Origin: Deinococcales bacterium
GTDB lineage: Bacteria > Deinococcota > Deinococci > Deinococcales > JAAFIG01
NCBI GenBank assembly: GCA_043778225.1
Contig: JAYWGM010000063.1
Coordinates: 1-64,000, forward strand
Direction of reading: 5' to 3'
DNA length: 64,000 bases
The translations under genes and the position numbers were made by a program. A model generated the notes under the pieces. The model did not search any database, was not told where the DNA came from, and was given only the letters and a program-made list of their open reading frames with translations. Shown piece by piece: positions 10,366 to 20,166 of the stretch (position 1 is its first letter; each line of letters begins with the position of its first letter).

Positions 10366-12573
10366 ATGGCTGATTCTACTCTTCTTGATTCCCTGAACCC
10401 CGCGCAACGAGCGGCTGCCGAACACTTGCATGGTCCTGCGCTGGTGGTGGCTGGGGCTGGAGCGGGTAAAACTTCCACCGTAGTACGGCGAATTGCTTAT
10501 TTGATGGAAGCTCACGGGGTCTACCCGAACGAAATTCTGGCGGTCACATTTACCAATAAAGCGGCTGGTGAACTTAAAGAACGGGTCAATCATTTAATCG
10601 GAAAACACAGCGACCAAATTTGGGTCACGACTTTTCACAGTGCTGGCGTAAGAATTTTGCGGGCATACGGCGAATTTGTGGGCTTGAAAACGGGCTTTGT
10701 GATTTACGACGATTCAGACCAACTCGATATTCTCAAAACCATTCTCGAGGGGATTTCTGGGGCTGGCGATTACAACCCGCGCTACTTGCGGAGCATTATT
10801 GACCGAGCCAAATCCAACCTCTGGACTCCACAAGATTTAGGCATACAGGGCGAAGAGTATATGTCTGGAATGCCCAAGGATGTGGTGGTGGAAGGCTACC
10901 GCCGTTACGAAAGCGCCATGCGCCGTGCCAACGCTATAGATTTTGGCGACCTTTTGGTGATGACCGTCAAACTCTTTAAGGAACGCGAAGATGTTCTCGA
11001 GCGAATCCAGAATCGGGCGGTCTTTGCTCATGTGGACGAGTACCAAGACACCAACAAAGTGCAGTACGAAATGACCCGCTTATTAAGCGAAAAATACCGT
11101 AATTTAATTGTGATTGGCGACCCTGACCAAAGCATCTATGCCTTTCGTGGCGCGGATATTCAAAACATTTTGGACTTCCAAAAAGATTACCCCGATGCCG
11201 CTATTTACCGCCTCGAAGCCAATTATCGCAGCAATGCCCGAGTTCTCGAGATTGCCAATGCGCTGATAAAACATAATTCTGAACGGCTCGAGAAGAACTT
11301 AGTGGCGGTCAAACCGGCTGGTGAACCTGTGCGTTTCTACCGAGCGCCAGACCACCGTGCCGAAGCCGAATTTGTCACCAACCGCATCGAGGCGCTGCGT
11401 GGCAGTGGTACAGCGTATAAAAAAATAGCAATTTTATACCGCACCAACGCCCAAAGTCGGGTTCTCGAGGAACGGTTAATGCGTTCTGGTGTGCCGAGTA
11501 AAATTGTTGGTGGAATGTCTTTTTACGACCGTCAAGAAATTAAGGATTTGCTGGCGTATGCTCGAGCATCTGTTAATACTTTGGATGACTTAGCGGTCAA
11601 ACGCGCCATGAAACGCCCGCGCCGTGGCATTGGCGACACCAGCTTAGAAAAACTCGAGACGTGGGCAAAAATCAGCAATACCAGTCTTTTGACGGCGCTC
11701 CTCAAAGGCGATGAAATCCTCGAGCGCGGTGGACAAAAATGCGAAGAATTCGGCAAGCTGATTCTTGAGTTATCTGAGTATTCTGGCTCGCACTCTGCCG
11801 AAGAATTCTTTCGGTTGGTGATTGATGTAACGGGCTATAAAGCGATGCTTGAGTCCGAAATTAAAACCAATAAATTTGAAACCGAGGCGCGGCTCGAGAA
11901 CATTAACGAACTGGTCAATGCGGCAGCAGAATGGGATGGTGAGAACCACGGCACAATTCTCGAGTTTCTGGATGATTCGGCACTTTTAAGCAGCGTAGAT
12001 GACATGAGAACCAAACGCGACAACAAAAATGCGCCCGAAGATTCGGTGACGATGATGACTTTTCATAATGCCAAGGGACTTGAGTTTGAAAACATTTTCT
12101 TGGTTGGCTTTGAAGATGGTCTGCTACCGCATCGCTCGAGCATTATCGAAGCAGGTGGCATCGAAGAAGAACGCCGGCTGCTTTATGTTGGGATTACACG
12201 GGCGATGGAACGGCTCTGGATTACGATGGCAGAAAGTCGGCAAGTGTACGGTAAAACCATGCCTTCGGAAGAATCAAGATTTTTGCGCGACATTCCCCAA
12301 GACTTATTGGCACACGTGAATTTGTTTAACGAACCTTACGGCTCGAGAATTGACCCACAGCGCACACCACCAGCACTACAAGCCACGCTCGAGGCGGCGG
12401 GTGGCGCAGTGCTGACCTTGAAAGGCGGTGAACGGGTTAAGCACCCGAAATTTGGGGTTGGCAAGGTCTTGGCGGTCACGGGCGTGGGCGACAGGCTCGA
12501 GGCAATGATTCATTTTGAGGCTGGGGCAAAGAAGTTATTGGTCAAGTATGCCAATTTGTTGCTCGAGGGATGA
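10366..12573 (+). CDS. uvrD: UvrD/PcrA ATP-dependent DNA helicase
   Basis: AGAGAGKT, VDEYQDTN, GDPDQSIY, HNAKGLEF and YVGITRA motifs; C-terminal tudor-like HPKFG. Confidence 0.95.
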   Translation: MADSTLLDSLNPAQRAAAEHLHGPALVVAGAGAGKTSTVVRRIAYLMEAHGVYPNEILAVTFTNKAAGELKERVNHLIGKHSDQIWVTTFHSAGVRILRAYGEFVGLKTGFVIYDDSDQLDILKTILEGISGAGDYNPRYLRSIIDRAKSNLWTPQDLGIQGEEYMSGMPKDVVVEGYRRYESAMRRANAIDFGDLLVMTVKLFKEREDVLERIQNRAVFAHVDEYQDTNKVQYEMTRLLSEKYRNLIVIGDPDQSIYAFRGADIQNILDFQKDYPDAAIYRLEANYRSNARVLEIANALIKHNSERLEKNLVAVKPAGEPVRFYRAPDHRAEAEFVTNRIEALRGSGTAYKKIAILYRTNAQSRVLEERLMRSGVPSKIVGGMSFYDRQEIKDLLAYARASVNTLDDLAVKRAMKRPRRGIGDTSLEKLETWAKISNTSLLTALLKGDEILERGGQKCEEFGKLILELSEYSGSHSAEEFFRLVIDVTGYKAMLESEIKTNKFETEARLENINELVNAAAEWDGENHGTILEFLDDSALLSSVDDMRTKRDNKNAPEDSVTMMTFHNAKGLEFENIFLVGFEDGLLPHRSSIIEAGGIEEERRLLYVGITRAMERLWITMAESRQVYGKTMPSEESRFLRDIPQDLLAHVNLFNEPYGSRIDPQRTPPALQATLEAAGGAVLTLKGGERVKHPKFGVGKVLAVTGVGDRLEAMIHFEAGAKKLLVKYANLLLEG

Positions 12574-12760
12574 TTAAATTGAAAAACCTAGCGCCAAACC
12601 GACGAGTATAAACAAGTTATGCAATGAAAATCATTGAGTAATACCAGATATAAAGCATTTCACACCTGATTTTTGAGTCAACCCAAATGGATTCATGGAA
12701 TTTTTTGACAACTTGCGCTCCCGACTAGCCCCGCAACTCGAGGCTGATTAAACTACGAAT

Positions 12761-14152
12761 ATGCTTGAACAAAATTTAGTTGCTGATGTCCTCAAAATTG
12801 CCCGTGCTGGCGGCGCAGAATTTGCCGACCTGTTCGTTGAAGACCGAATCAATTCTCAGCTGCATTTACTCAATGGCGCAGTCAAAGACGCTGGTGGCGG
12901 CAACGATTTTGGGGCTGGAATTCGGGTTTTGTACGGTACAAAAGTGGTCTATGCCTACACCAACGATGTCTCGAGGGATGGGCTAACCACGATTGCCGAA
13001 GCTGTGGCTCGAGCCAATGGTTTTGCTGGGGAAGTCAATGCCTCTGGGGCTGGGGGCTTAGATTTTCGGGTTGCTGTGCCAAAAAAATTGTATACGGTTT
13101 TGCAGCATCCGCTTGAAACCAAGAAACTCGAGAAATTGGCGTTAGCAAAACGCGCCAGTGCGGCTGCCAAAGTCGGTCATGTCAAAACCATTGATGTACG
13201 TTATTTTGATTGGGTGCAAAAGGTTTTAATCGCCAATTCCGACGGGCTTTGGGTCGAGGACGAACGGGTTTACTCGAGAATGTCGGTCAATGCGATTGCC
13301 GAAGATGGTGCATACCGCTCCGATGGTCGGTTCAGTCCGGGGGCAAGCATGGGACTCGAGTTTTTTGATGGCGATGCCCCAGAACAAGCTGGACTCGAGG
13401 CAGCCCGAATTGCCAATGCGATGTTGTACGCGGGTTTTGCGCCGGCAGGAACAATTCCAGTCGTGATTGGCAATGCCTTTGGTGGTGTGATTTTCCATGA
13501 AGCCTGTGGGCATATTCTCGAGACCACGGCAATCGAAAAAAATGCCAGTGTCTTTGCTGATAAAATCGGGCAACGAATCGCCCATGAATCCTTAAACGCC
13601 ATAGATGACGGTACGATTCCCGGCGCGTGGGGCAGCATCAATGTGGATGATGAAGGCATGGCTTCGGAGCGCACGGTCTTAATCGAAAACGGTATCCTCA
13701 AAAGTTATATGGTGGATAAAGTCGGCGAAATGAAAACGGGCTATGCTCGAACGGGTTCTGGTCGCCGCCAAGATTACACCTTTGCACCCGCCTCGAGAAT
13801 GCGGAACACATTGATTACCCAAGGATCTGAAACGCCAGAAAGTTTACTGAAGCAAGTCAAGTACGGTTTGTATGCCAAAACAATGGGTGGTGGCAGTGTC
13901 TCGCCGGGAACGGGCGATTACAATTTTACGGTCAATGAAGGCTATATCATCCGCGATGGCGAAATCTGCGAACCCGTGCGCGGCGCGGCTTTGGTCGGCA
14001 ATGGCGCGAGGGACTTAATGAACATTGTTGGTGTGGCAGGCGATTTAGCCTCTGGGCAGGGAATGTGCGGTAGTGTTTCCGGCAGTATCCCTACTGATGT
14101 CGGACAGCCGCATATTTTAATCTCAGAAATTACAGTCGGAGGTCGGGCATGA
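12761..14152 (+). CDS. tldD: TldD family metalloprotease
   Basis: HEACGH zinc motif, DDEG, RMRNT and C-terminal CG...VGQP. Confidence 0.92.
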   Translation: MLEQNLVADVLKIARAGGAEFADLFVEDRINSQLHLLNGAVKDAGGGNDFGAGIRVLYGTKVVYAYTNDVSRDGLTTIAEAVARANGFAGEVNASGAGGLDFRVAVPKKLYTVLQHPLETKKLEKLALAKRASAAAKVGHVKTIDVRYFDWVQKVLIANSDGLWVEDERVYSRMSVNAIAEDGAYRSDGRFSPGASMGLEFFDGDAPEQAGLEAARIANAMLYAGFAPAGTIPVVIGNAFGGVIFHEACGHILETTAIEKNASVFADKIGQRIAHESLNAIDDGTIPGAWGSINVDDEGMASERTVLIENGILKSYMVDKVGEMKTGYARTGSGRRQDYTFAPASRMRNTLITQGSETPESLLKQVKYGLYAKTMGGGSVSPGTGDYNFTVNEGYIIRDGEICEPVRGAALVGNGARDLMNIVGVAGDLASGQGMCGSVSGSIPTDVGQPHILISEITVGGRA

Positions 14153-15504
14153 AACAACTTTTATTTTCCGAGGCACAAACTTTTATGCTCGCACTTGCTC
14201 AATCTCGAGGCGTGCAAGTCGAGGTTTTTGCTTCGCGTAACTCGAGTACCAGCATTAAAGCCTACCAAAACGAGGTTTCTGAATTTAAGCTCTCCAAGCG
14301 CAGTGGTTTGGGCTTACGGGTTCTCGAGAACGGCGCGTGGGGCTACTCGTACACCGAAAATTTATCGGAGGCTGCCTTGGTGCGCTGCCTAGACAATGCC
14401 CTCGAGAATGCCAGTTTGGTTGCCCCAGAAGGTTTTGCGGCGCTGACCCAACACCCAGAACCGCCACACATCGGCGATTTATACGGCGAAGGGCTAAGCG
14501 GTGTGACCGTAGACCGCAAAGTGGCGGTGGCGCTTGAACTCGAGTCGGTGGCTCGAAATGCCGATTCACGGGTTATTTCTGTGCCGTATATGGGCTACTC
14601 GGATGGTGAAGCTGAGGTCAGCATTTCCAACAGCGCGGGTTTAGCTCGAGACTACAAGTCCAATTATGCAATGCAGTACGCGATGCCACTTTTAAGCGAA
14701 AACGGGCAAAATAAAATGGGGCGCGGTGTCCAGTTCTCGAGGGAATTCGAGCGCCTTGACCCAACCCAAACTGCATTAGAAGCGGTGCGAAAAGGTGCAG
14801 AGAAAATGGGGGCAAAAATGCCAACCACGGGTAAATATCCTACCGTCATCGAAAATAACTGTATGGCATTGCTGCTCGCGACCTATTCGGACATTTTTAG
14901 TGCCAAGATGGTACAGGAACATAAAAGCCCTCTCGAGGGCAAACTTGGGTTGCAAATTGGCTCTGGGCTGGTGCAACTCACCGATGATGCAACCCGAGCG
15001 GCTGGTTTAGAATCCAGACCTTTTGACTCCGAAGGCTACCCGAGTCAGGTCTTAAAAGTGATTGAAAATGGTGTCTTAAAAACCTTTTTACACAACACCG
15101 AAACCGCCGCCCAAGATGGCGTAAAAAGCACGGGTCATGCCTCGAGATATGGCTACCGTGGCACAATTGGTATTGACATCAGTAATTTCTACCTCGAGGC
15201 TGGACTGGACAGCAAGGAAAAATTGCTCGAGGATATTGGTACTGGCTTACTGCTGACCGAAGTTCATGGTACGCACGCAGGTGTCAACAGCATCACGGGC
15301 GAATTTAGCCTTCAAGCCGATGGTTTTTGGGTCGAAGCTGGACAAGTCAGTCATCCGCTCGAGAATTTTACGGTGGCTGGAAATTTTCTCGAGTTGCTGC
15401 AAGAAATAGAAGCGATTGGCAACGACCTCGAGTTTAGCCCGATGAATGGCGGGACTGGTTCGCCCAGTGTGCGGGTCAAAGTGCTGGCGGTGGGTGGAGC
15501 TTAG
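14149..15504 (+). CDS. pmbA: TldE/PmbA family protein
   Basis: FDSEG and TGEFS motifs, no HExxH; ATGA-coupled to tldD. Confidence 0.88.
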   Translation: MKQLLFSEAQTFMLALAQSRGVQVEVFASRNSSTSIKAYQNEVSEFKLSKRSGLGLRVLENGAWGYSYTENLSEAALVRCLDNALENASLVAPEGFAALTQHPEPPHIGDLYGEGLSGVTVDRKVAVALELESVARNADSRVISVPYMGYSDGEAEVSISNSAGLARDYKSNYAMQYAMPLLSENGQNKMGRGVQFSREFERLDPTQTALEAVRKGAEKMGAKMPTTGKYPTVIENNCMALLLATYSDIFSAKMVQEHKSPLEGKLGLQIGSGLVQLTDDATRAAGLESRPFDSEGYPSQVLKVIENGVLKTFLHNTETAAQDGVKSTGHASRYGYRGTIGIDISNFYLEAGLDSKEKLLEDIGTGLLLTEVHGTHAGVNSITGEFSLQADGFWVEAGQVSHPLENFTVAGNFLELLQEIEAIGNDLEFSPMNGGTGSPSVRVKVLAVGGA

Positions 15505-16655
15505 GCTTTTGGCTCGGTGCGGTTTTTTGTCACAAAACTTAACCACAAAAGCCCAATCGTGGCAGTGGTAAAACTTGCAGCAATCACCCCAAGTTTGGCA
15601 GTCTCGAGCAGGGCTGGGTTACTTTGGAATGCAAGACTGGCAATAAATAATGCCATTGTAAAACCGATGCCGCCCAGCATCCCGACCCCAAGCATCATTG
15701 CCCAGTTGGTCTGGCGTGGCAACTCGGCTAACCCCAACCGCACTGCCAACCAAGAAAAAAGCGTGATGCCAAGCGGCTTACCCAGCACCAAGCCAAAGAA
15801 AACGCCAGTTGTGATTTGACCGATGCCACCAGCCAAGGCTGCGCTAATTGGTACACCCGCGTTAAAGAGGGCAAAAATCGGCATAATCACAAAATTGACT
15901 GGTTTTTTAAGCCAATGCTCAAGTGTCTCGAGTGGGCTACTATTTTCTTTTCCCATTGGAATGGTGCTGGCAAGCAGCACCCCAGCAATCGTGGCGTGTA
16001 AACCGCTTTTGTAGACCAGAAACCACAAAACCAAGCCAAGCATCAGATAAATTGGTAAAACTCGCACTCGAGCCGCGTTTAACCCCCACAAGGCTGTATA
16101 TATCAGCGCCACCGCACCGAGCATCAGGGGGTCTAGCTTGCTGGTATAAAAGACTGCAATCACAATCACCGCGCCCATATCGTCTACAACTGCTAAAGCG
16201 ATCAAAAAAACTTTTAAGGCAATTGGGACTCGAGAACCCAACAACGACAAAATCCCGACGGCAAAAGCAATATCGGTTGCCATTGGAATTCCCCAGCCAG
16301 CCGCGCCTGTCGTACCTGCATTAAAAACAGTATAAATCAAAGCGGGAACAATCATTCCGCCCAGCGCTGCAAAAATTGCTAGACTTGCACCACGAGGGTT
16401 GCTCAGTTCGCCAGTCAAAATTTCGCGTTTGAGTTCTACGCCAACCAATAAAAAGAAAATCGCCATCAAAAAATCGTTGACCCATAACTCGAGCGGCTTC
16501 TCGAGAACAAGTAGGTTAATCGGCAAACTTTTTAGCGCTTCGTATAGGCTCGAGAAGCCAGAATTTGCCCAAATTAAAGCAATGACGGCTGCCAACAGCA
16601 GCAACGCCCCAGAAAAAGTTGGGCTGGTCACAAAATTGCGGATTGAATTTCTCAT
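15501..16655 (-). CDS. nhaA: Na+/H+ antiporter NhaA
   Basis: WVNDFLMAIFF, PMATDIAFA, AVVDD, GKPLG and GIGFTM motifs; GGAGG RBS before ATG 16655. Confidence 0.96.
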   Translation of the reverse strand: MRNSIRNFVTSPTFSGALLLLAAVIALIWANSGFSSLYEALKSLPINLLVLEKPLELWVNDFLMAIFFLLVGVELKREILTGELSNPRGASLAIFAALGGMIVPALIYTVFNAGTTGAAGWGIPMATDIAFAVGILSLLGSRVPIALKVFLIALAVVDDMGAVIVIAVFYTSKLDPLMLGAVALIYTALWGLNAARVRVLPIYLMLGLVLWFLVYKSGLHATIAGVLLASTIPMGKENSSPLETLEHWLKKPVNFVIMPIFALFNAGVPISAALAGGIGQITTGVFFGLVLGKPLGITLFSWLAVRLGLAELPRQTNWAMMLGVGMLGGIGFTMALFIASLAFQSNPALLETAKLGVIAASFTTATIGLLWLSFVTKNRTEPKA

Positions 16656-16673
16656 AAAGACCTCCACAGGCGC

Positions 16674-16788
16674 AAGAAAAAGAAGCCTGTTTTTCGACAG
16701 ACTCCGCCACGCCAGCGTCTCGAGGCTGGACTCGCACCTTGACAGATGAGGTTTAGACCAGTCTAACTGGATAAAAGAAGTTTTGCAA
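16674..16788 (-). promoter_or_regulatory. nhaA promoter and structured leader with terminator (candidate cation riboswitch)
   Basis: TTGCAA-17-TAGACT; CCAGC/GCTGG hairpin; terminator GGAGUCUGU-CGAAAA-ACAGGCUUC-UUUUUCUU. Confidence 0.6.
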
Positions 16789-18462
16789 TTATTTGGCAGC
16801 TTCTTCATCGCGCAGCGCACGGCGTAAGACTTTGCCAATCGCGGTTTTGGGCAACTCGAGCCTAAATTCGACTTGCTTTGGGGCTTTATAGGCAGCCATT
16901 TGCCCTTTGCAAAATTCAATGATTTCCTCACCTGTGGCACTCGAGCCTTCGCGCAGCACAACATAGGCTTTGACAGTTTCGCCTCGGTAGGCATCTGGAA
17001 TGCCAACCACGACGCATTCTTTGACTGCCAAGTGCTTATACAACACCTCTTCGACTTCTCGAGGGTAGACATTAAAACCACTGGCATCAATCATGTCTTT
17101 TTTGCGGTCTACAATATAAAAAAAACCATCTGTGTCCATCCGTCCCATATCGCCAGTCAGCAACCAGCGTTTGCCACCAATTTCTTTGATGCACTCGGCG
17201 GTTTCTTCGGGGCGCTGCCAGTAGCCACGCATGACATGATGCCCAGCAATCGCAATTTCGCCAATGTCACCAATCGGCATTGGCTCGAGTTCGGGCGACA
17301 AAATACACAGTTCGACTCCCGGTATTGGAATGCCGATGCTGCCAACACGGCGTTCACCTTTAATCGGGTTGTTGGTGGCGCACGGGCTGCACTCAGTTAG
17401 CCCATAACCCTCGAGCAGATGTCCACCACTCAGGCTTTCAAAAGTTCGTGCCACCTCGAGCGGCAAGGCTGCTGCGCCCGATAAGCACAGTTGGATACTC
17501 GAGAGATCGTATTTTTTAATTTCTGGGTGATTGTTGATTGCCACATACATGGTTGGCACACCGGGGAACATCGTCGGTTTGTGCTTGTGAATCGCCTCAA
17601 GCACATCTTTTACGACAAAGCGCGGCAGCAGCACAATACTGGCGGCGGCTTTAATTGCCATGTTCATAGCGACCGTCATGCCGTACACATGAAAAAATGG
17701 AATTACCCCAAGCATCACACCGGTAGCATCTGGCACACTTGTCCAACTCGAGGCACTGGTAACATTCGACATCAGATTGCGGTGTGTCAGCATTGCCCCT
17801 TTTGGTGTACCAGTCGTGCCGCCAGTGTATTGTAACAGGGCTAAATCGTCTGGCAATACACTGGTTTTTGGGGCAGCACTCGAGACTGTTTTCTCGAGCA
17901 ATTTTTTGAATTGATAGATATAGGGTTCTGGCTTGACCTCGACCCAAGTGCCATCGCGCTTGGCTTTGACGGGATATAACATATTTTTTGGAAAGGCTAA
18001 AAAGTCGGAAATTGTGGTCATGACCACGCGCTTGACCGGAACGCTGGCGGCAATCTCGCGGTAACGCGGATAAAATAGATTCAGCATTATCAGCGTTTCT
18101 GCTCCAGAATCCCGCAACTGATGCTCGAGTTCTCGAGCCACATAGAGCGGACTGGTGTTGACCACGACTGCGCCAAGCATCATTGTGCCAAAAAAGGCAA
18201 TCACAAATTGTGGACAGTTGGGCAGCATAATTGCCACACGGTCGCCTTTTTTAACACCTAAGCCTTCGAGTGAATTGGCAAAGCGTCGGGCGTTCTCGAG
18301 TAGGGCATGATAGCTCATGGTGTAACCCAAAAACTCGAGCGCCATTCGTTCGGGAGCGCGTTTAGCAGCGCCTTCTAATAAGCTCTGAATTGGGCTTTCA
18401 GGGTAAATCAGGCTTTTGGGAACGCCAGCGTCGTATTGGGAAAGCCAAGGGAATGGGGTCAT
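16789..18462 (-). CDS. fadD: Long-chain fatty acid--CoA ligase
   Basis: YTGGTTGTPKG, EGYGLTE, TGDMG and PKTAIGK motifs. Confidence 0.93.
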   Translation of the reverse strand: MTPFPWLSQYDAGVPKSLIYPESPIQSLLEGAAKRAPERMALEFLGYTMSYHALLENARRFANSLEGLGVKKGDRVAIMLPNCPQFVIAFFGTMMLGAVVVNTSPLYVARELEHQLRDSGAETLIMLNLFYPRYREIAASVPVKRVVMTTISDFLAFPKNMLYPVKAKRDGTWVEVKPEPYIYQFKKLLEKTVSSAAPKTSVLPDDLALLQYTGGTTGTPKGAMLTHRNLMSNVTSASSWTSVPDATGVMLGVIPFFHVYGMTVAMNMAIKAAASIVLLPRFVVKDVLEAIHKHKPTMFPGVPTMYVAINNHPEIKKYDLSSIQLCLSGAAALPLEVARTFESLSGGHLLEGYGLTECSPCATNNPIKGERRVGSIGIPIPGVELCILSPELEPMPIGDIGEIAIAGHHVMRGYWQRPEETAECIKEIGGKRWLLTGDMGRMDTDGFFYIVDRKKDMIDASGFNVYPREVEEVLYKHLAVKECVVVGIPDAYRGETVKAYVVLREGSSATGEEIIEFCKGQMAAYKAPKQVEFRLELPKTAIGKVLRRALRDEEAAK

Positions 18463-18512
18463 GAAAATACCTCGAGAGAAAGCAGCGTGGCAACGGGTCG
18501 AAGACTAAAAAC

Positions 18513-18527
18513 TTACACTCAGTATAA
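18513..18527. promoter_or_regulatory. Putative FadR (TetR-type, Thermus) operator overlapping the fadD -10 box
   Basis: TTACACTCAGTATAA fits TTRNACYNRGTNYAA (consensus recalled from memory) and lies within the longer palindrome aactta...taagtt. Confidence 0.65.
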
Positions 18528-18552
18528 GTTCTTTTTAGTAAAGTGCAAGTCT

Positions 18553-20142
18553 TTAGGGCAGTAAATTGGTGGCTAAACCAATCCGTATGTTGGGCAGGCG
18601 AATCAAACGCAAAGCCGCATCGCTCGGTGTGTCCGAGTCCGAACCCACCAGCACCAATTGGCTTGGGTTGCTACTCGAGCTTAACGCCGTGGCTCGAGCC
18701 AAACTGGCATCGGTGTTTTCCAGAATCGCTCGTGAAACTCGAGTGGCGGTGTCGGTTGCCACCAAAAAACTAAGTTTGAACTTAAAAATTTTTGATAACG
18801 GGTCGGCTGGCACTAAACGTCGTGGAATTCTGACCGCTACACTGACCAGCCCAGTGCCACCAGCCGCAATGCTGCGGCTTGAGCCATTTTTAGCCACATA
18901 GGCATAGTCCAAGATATTTTCGGTGGCACTTAGCATCCCAGCACCTCGAGCGGCGGTCTCGAGGGCGGTACTTTCTGAGATTCGGTATGCCTGAAAATCC
19001 GAGGCTAAGTTGTCCGGCACGGGGGCGGTTGCACCAAGCTGCATACCATGTAAAGGCACAATCTGCTGCCCAACGCTGGAGTCAGTATAAAGTGCGCCAT
19101 CTGGATTATTGGCATCTGGAAAAGCCCGAATGTCAAAAGCGGCGGTCTGCCCGATGTTTCCAGACTTAAAAATTGCCCGTAAACTCAAGTTCTCGAGTGG
19201 CTGACTGCTGAGGTTGGTAATGCGGTAGGTGGCGGTCAAATAGCGCACGCCAGCCGCTACATAATCTATATCGCTGTAGGTTAAAGGTAAAAAACTGACC
19301 TGTCCGCTCGAGTCGGTCTCTGCATTGCGCTGACTGGTATCCCATGCCAAATTAACCAAGCCAAGGGCTGTACTTTGAAGGGCGGTACTCGAGACCAAAA
19401 CCGTTTTGGTGACTGTTCCACCGTTGTTGCTGGCGGTTAAAGTAAAAATGGTGTTTTTGGCGACGTTGACTTGTACTGTACTACCAGTCACCACGCCAAT
19501 ATCTGGTGAAATACTCAGGGTTGTCGCACCAAGGGCAACCCACTCGAGCTTGACCAGTCCAGCCTCGAGATTGTCTGGCGTGGCGCTCAAACTCTGAATC
19601 ACGGGTGCGGCATCCTGCACAAATATCCCAACGGTTTTTGTGGTTGTACCACCCGCTCCTACGGCTGTGAGCGTATAGGTTTTACTGGTATTGACACTGA
19701 CCTCGAGACTGGTTTTACCAGTTACGTCGCTAATGCCGCCATCCATGCTTAGGCTGGTGCTGTTTTCGGTTGCCCAAGCCAAAGTGACCATACCGCCGCC
19801 AAAGGCAAGTGTGTTTGGGGTAGCGGTCAAACTCAAGATGGTTGGTGGGGCAGGGGCAACGGTCACTGCTACCGATTGATTAACACTGCCACCCGCATTG
19901 CTGGCGCTTAAAACAAAAATTGTGCTGCTCGAGATGATTAGGGTTTTTGAAGTTAAACCTGTCACATCTGTATCACCAAGACTCAAAGCCGTGGCGCGTT
20001 CGGTTGTCCACGATAGCAGCACCGCACCACCACCAAAAGGCAGACTGACTTTATCGGCGTTTAGACTCGAGATGACTGGCGGCTGAACTGGACAACCTAC
20101 CAACAGTAAAACTAAACTTAGCATCGCAAAAAATCGCTTCAT
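18553..20142 (-). CDS. Lipoprotein with three tandem ~80-aa Ig/PKD-like repeats
   Basis: Lipobox LLVGC; P-x-I-x-SL-x-A...L-x-W...F/YTLTA..GG unit repeated three times. Confidence 0.75.
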   Translation of the reverse strand: MKRFFAMLSLVLLLVGCPVQPPVISSLNADKVSLPFGGGAVLLSWTTERATALSLGDTDVTGLTSKTLIISSSTIFVLSASNAGGSVNQSVAVTVAPAPPTILSLTATPNTLAFGGGMVTLAWATENSTSLSMDGGISDVTGKTSLEVSVNTSKTYTLTAVGAGGTTTKTVGIFVQDAAPVIQSLSATPDNLEAGLVKLEWVALGATTLSISPDIGVVTGSTVQVNVAKNTIFTLTASNNGGTVTKTVLVSSTALQSTALGLVNLAWDTSQRNAETDSSGQVSFLPLTYSDIDYVAAGVRYLTATYRITNLSSQPLENLSLRAIFKSGNIGQTAAFDIRAFPDANNPDGALYTDSSVGQQIVPLHGMQLGATAPVPDNLASDFQAYRISESTALETAARGAGMLSATENILDYAYVAKNGSSRSIAAGGTGLVSVAVRIPRRLVPADPLSKIFKFKLSFLVATDTATRVSRAILENTDASLARATALSSSSNPSQLVLVGSDSDTPSDAALRLIRLPNIRIGLATNLLP

Positions 20143-20166
20143 GCCCTAGATTCTACAACCCAAAGG

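Noticed and set aside
16656..17090. N-terminal extension of NhaA (529-aa ORF)
   Set aside because: It overlaps fadD and the leader RNA; a good RBS and ATG exist at 16655
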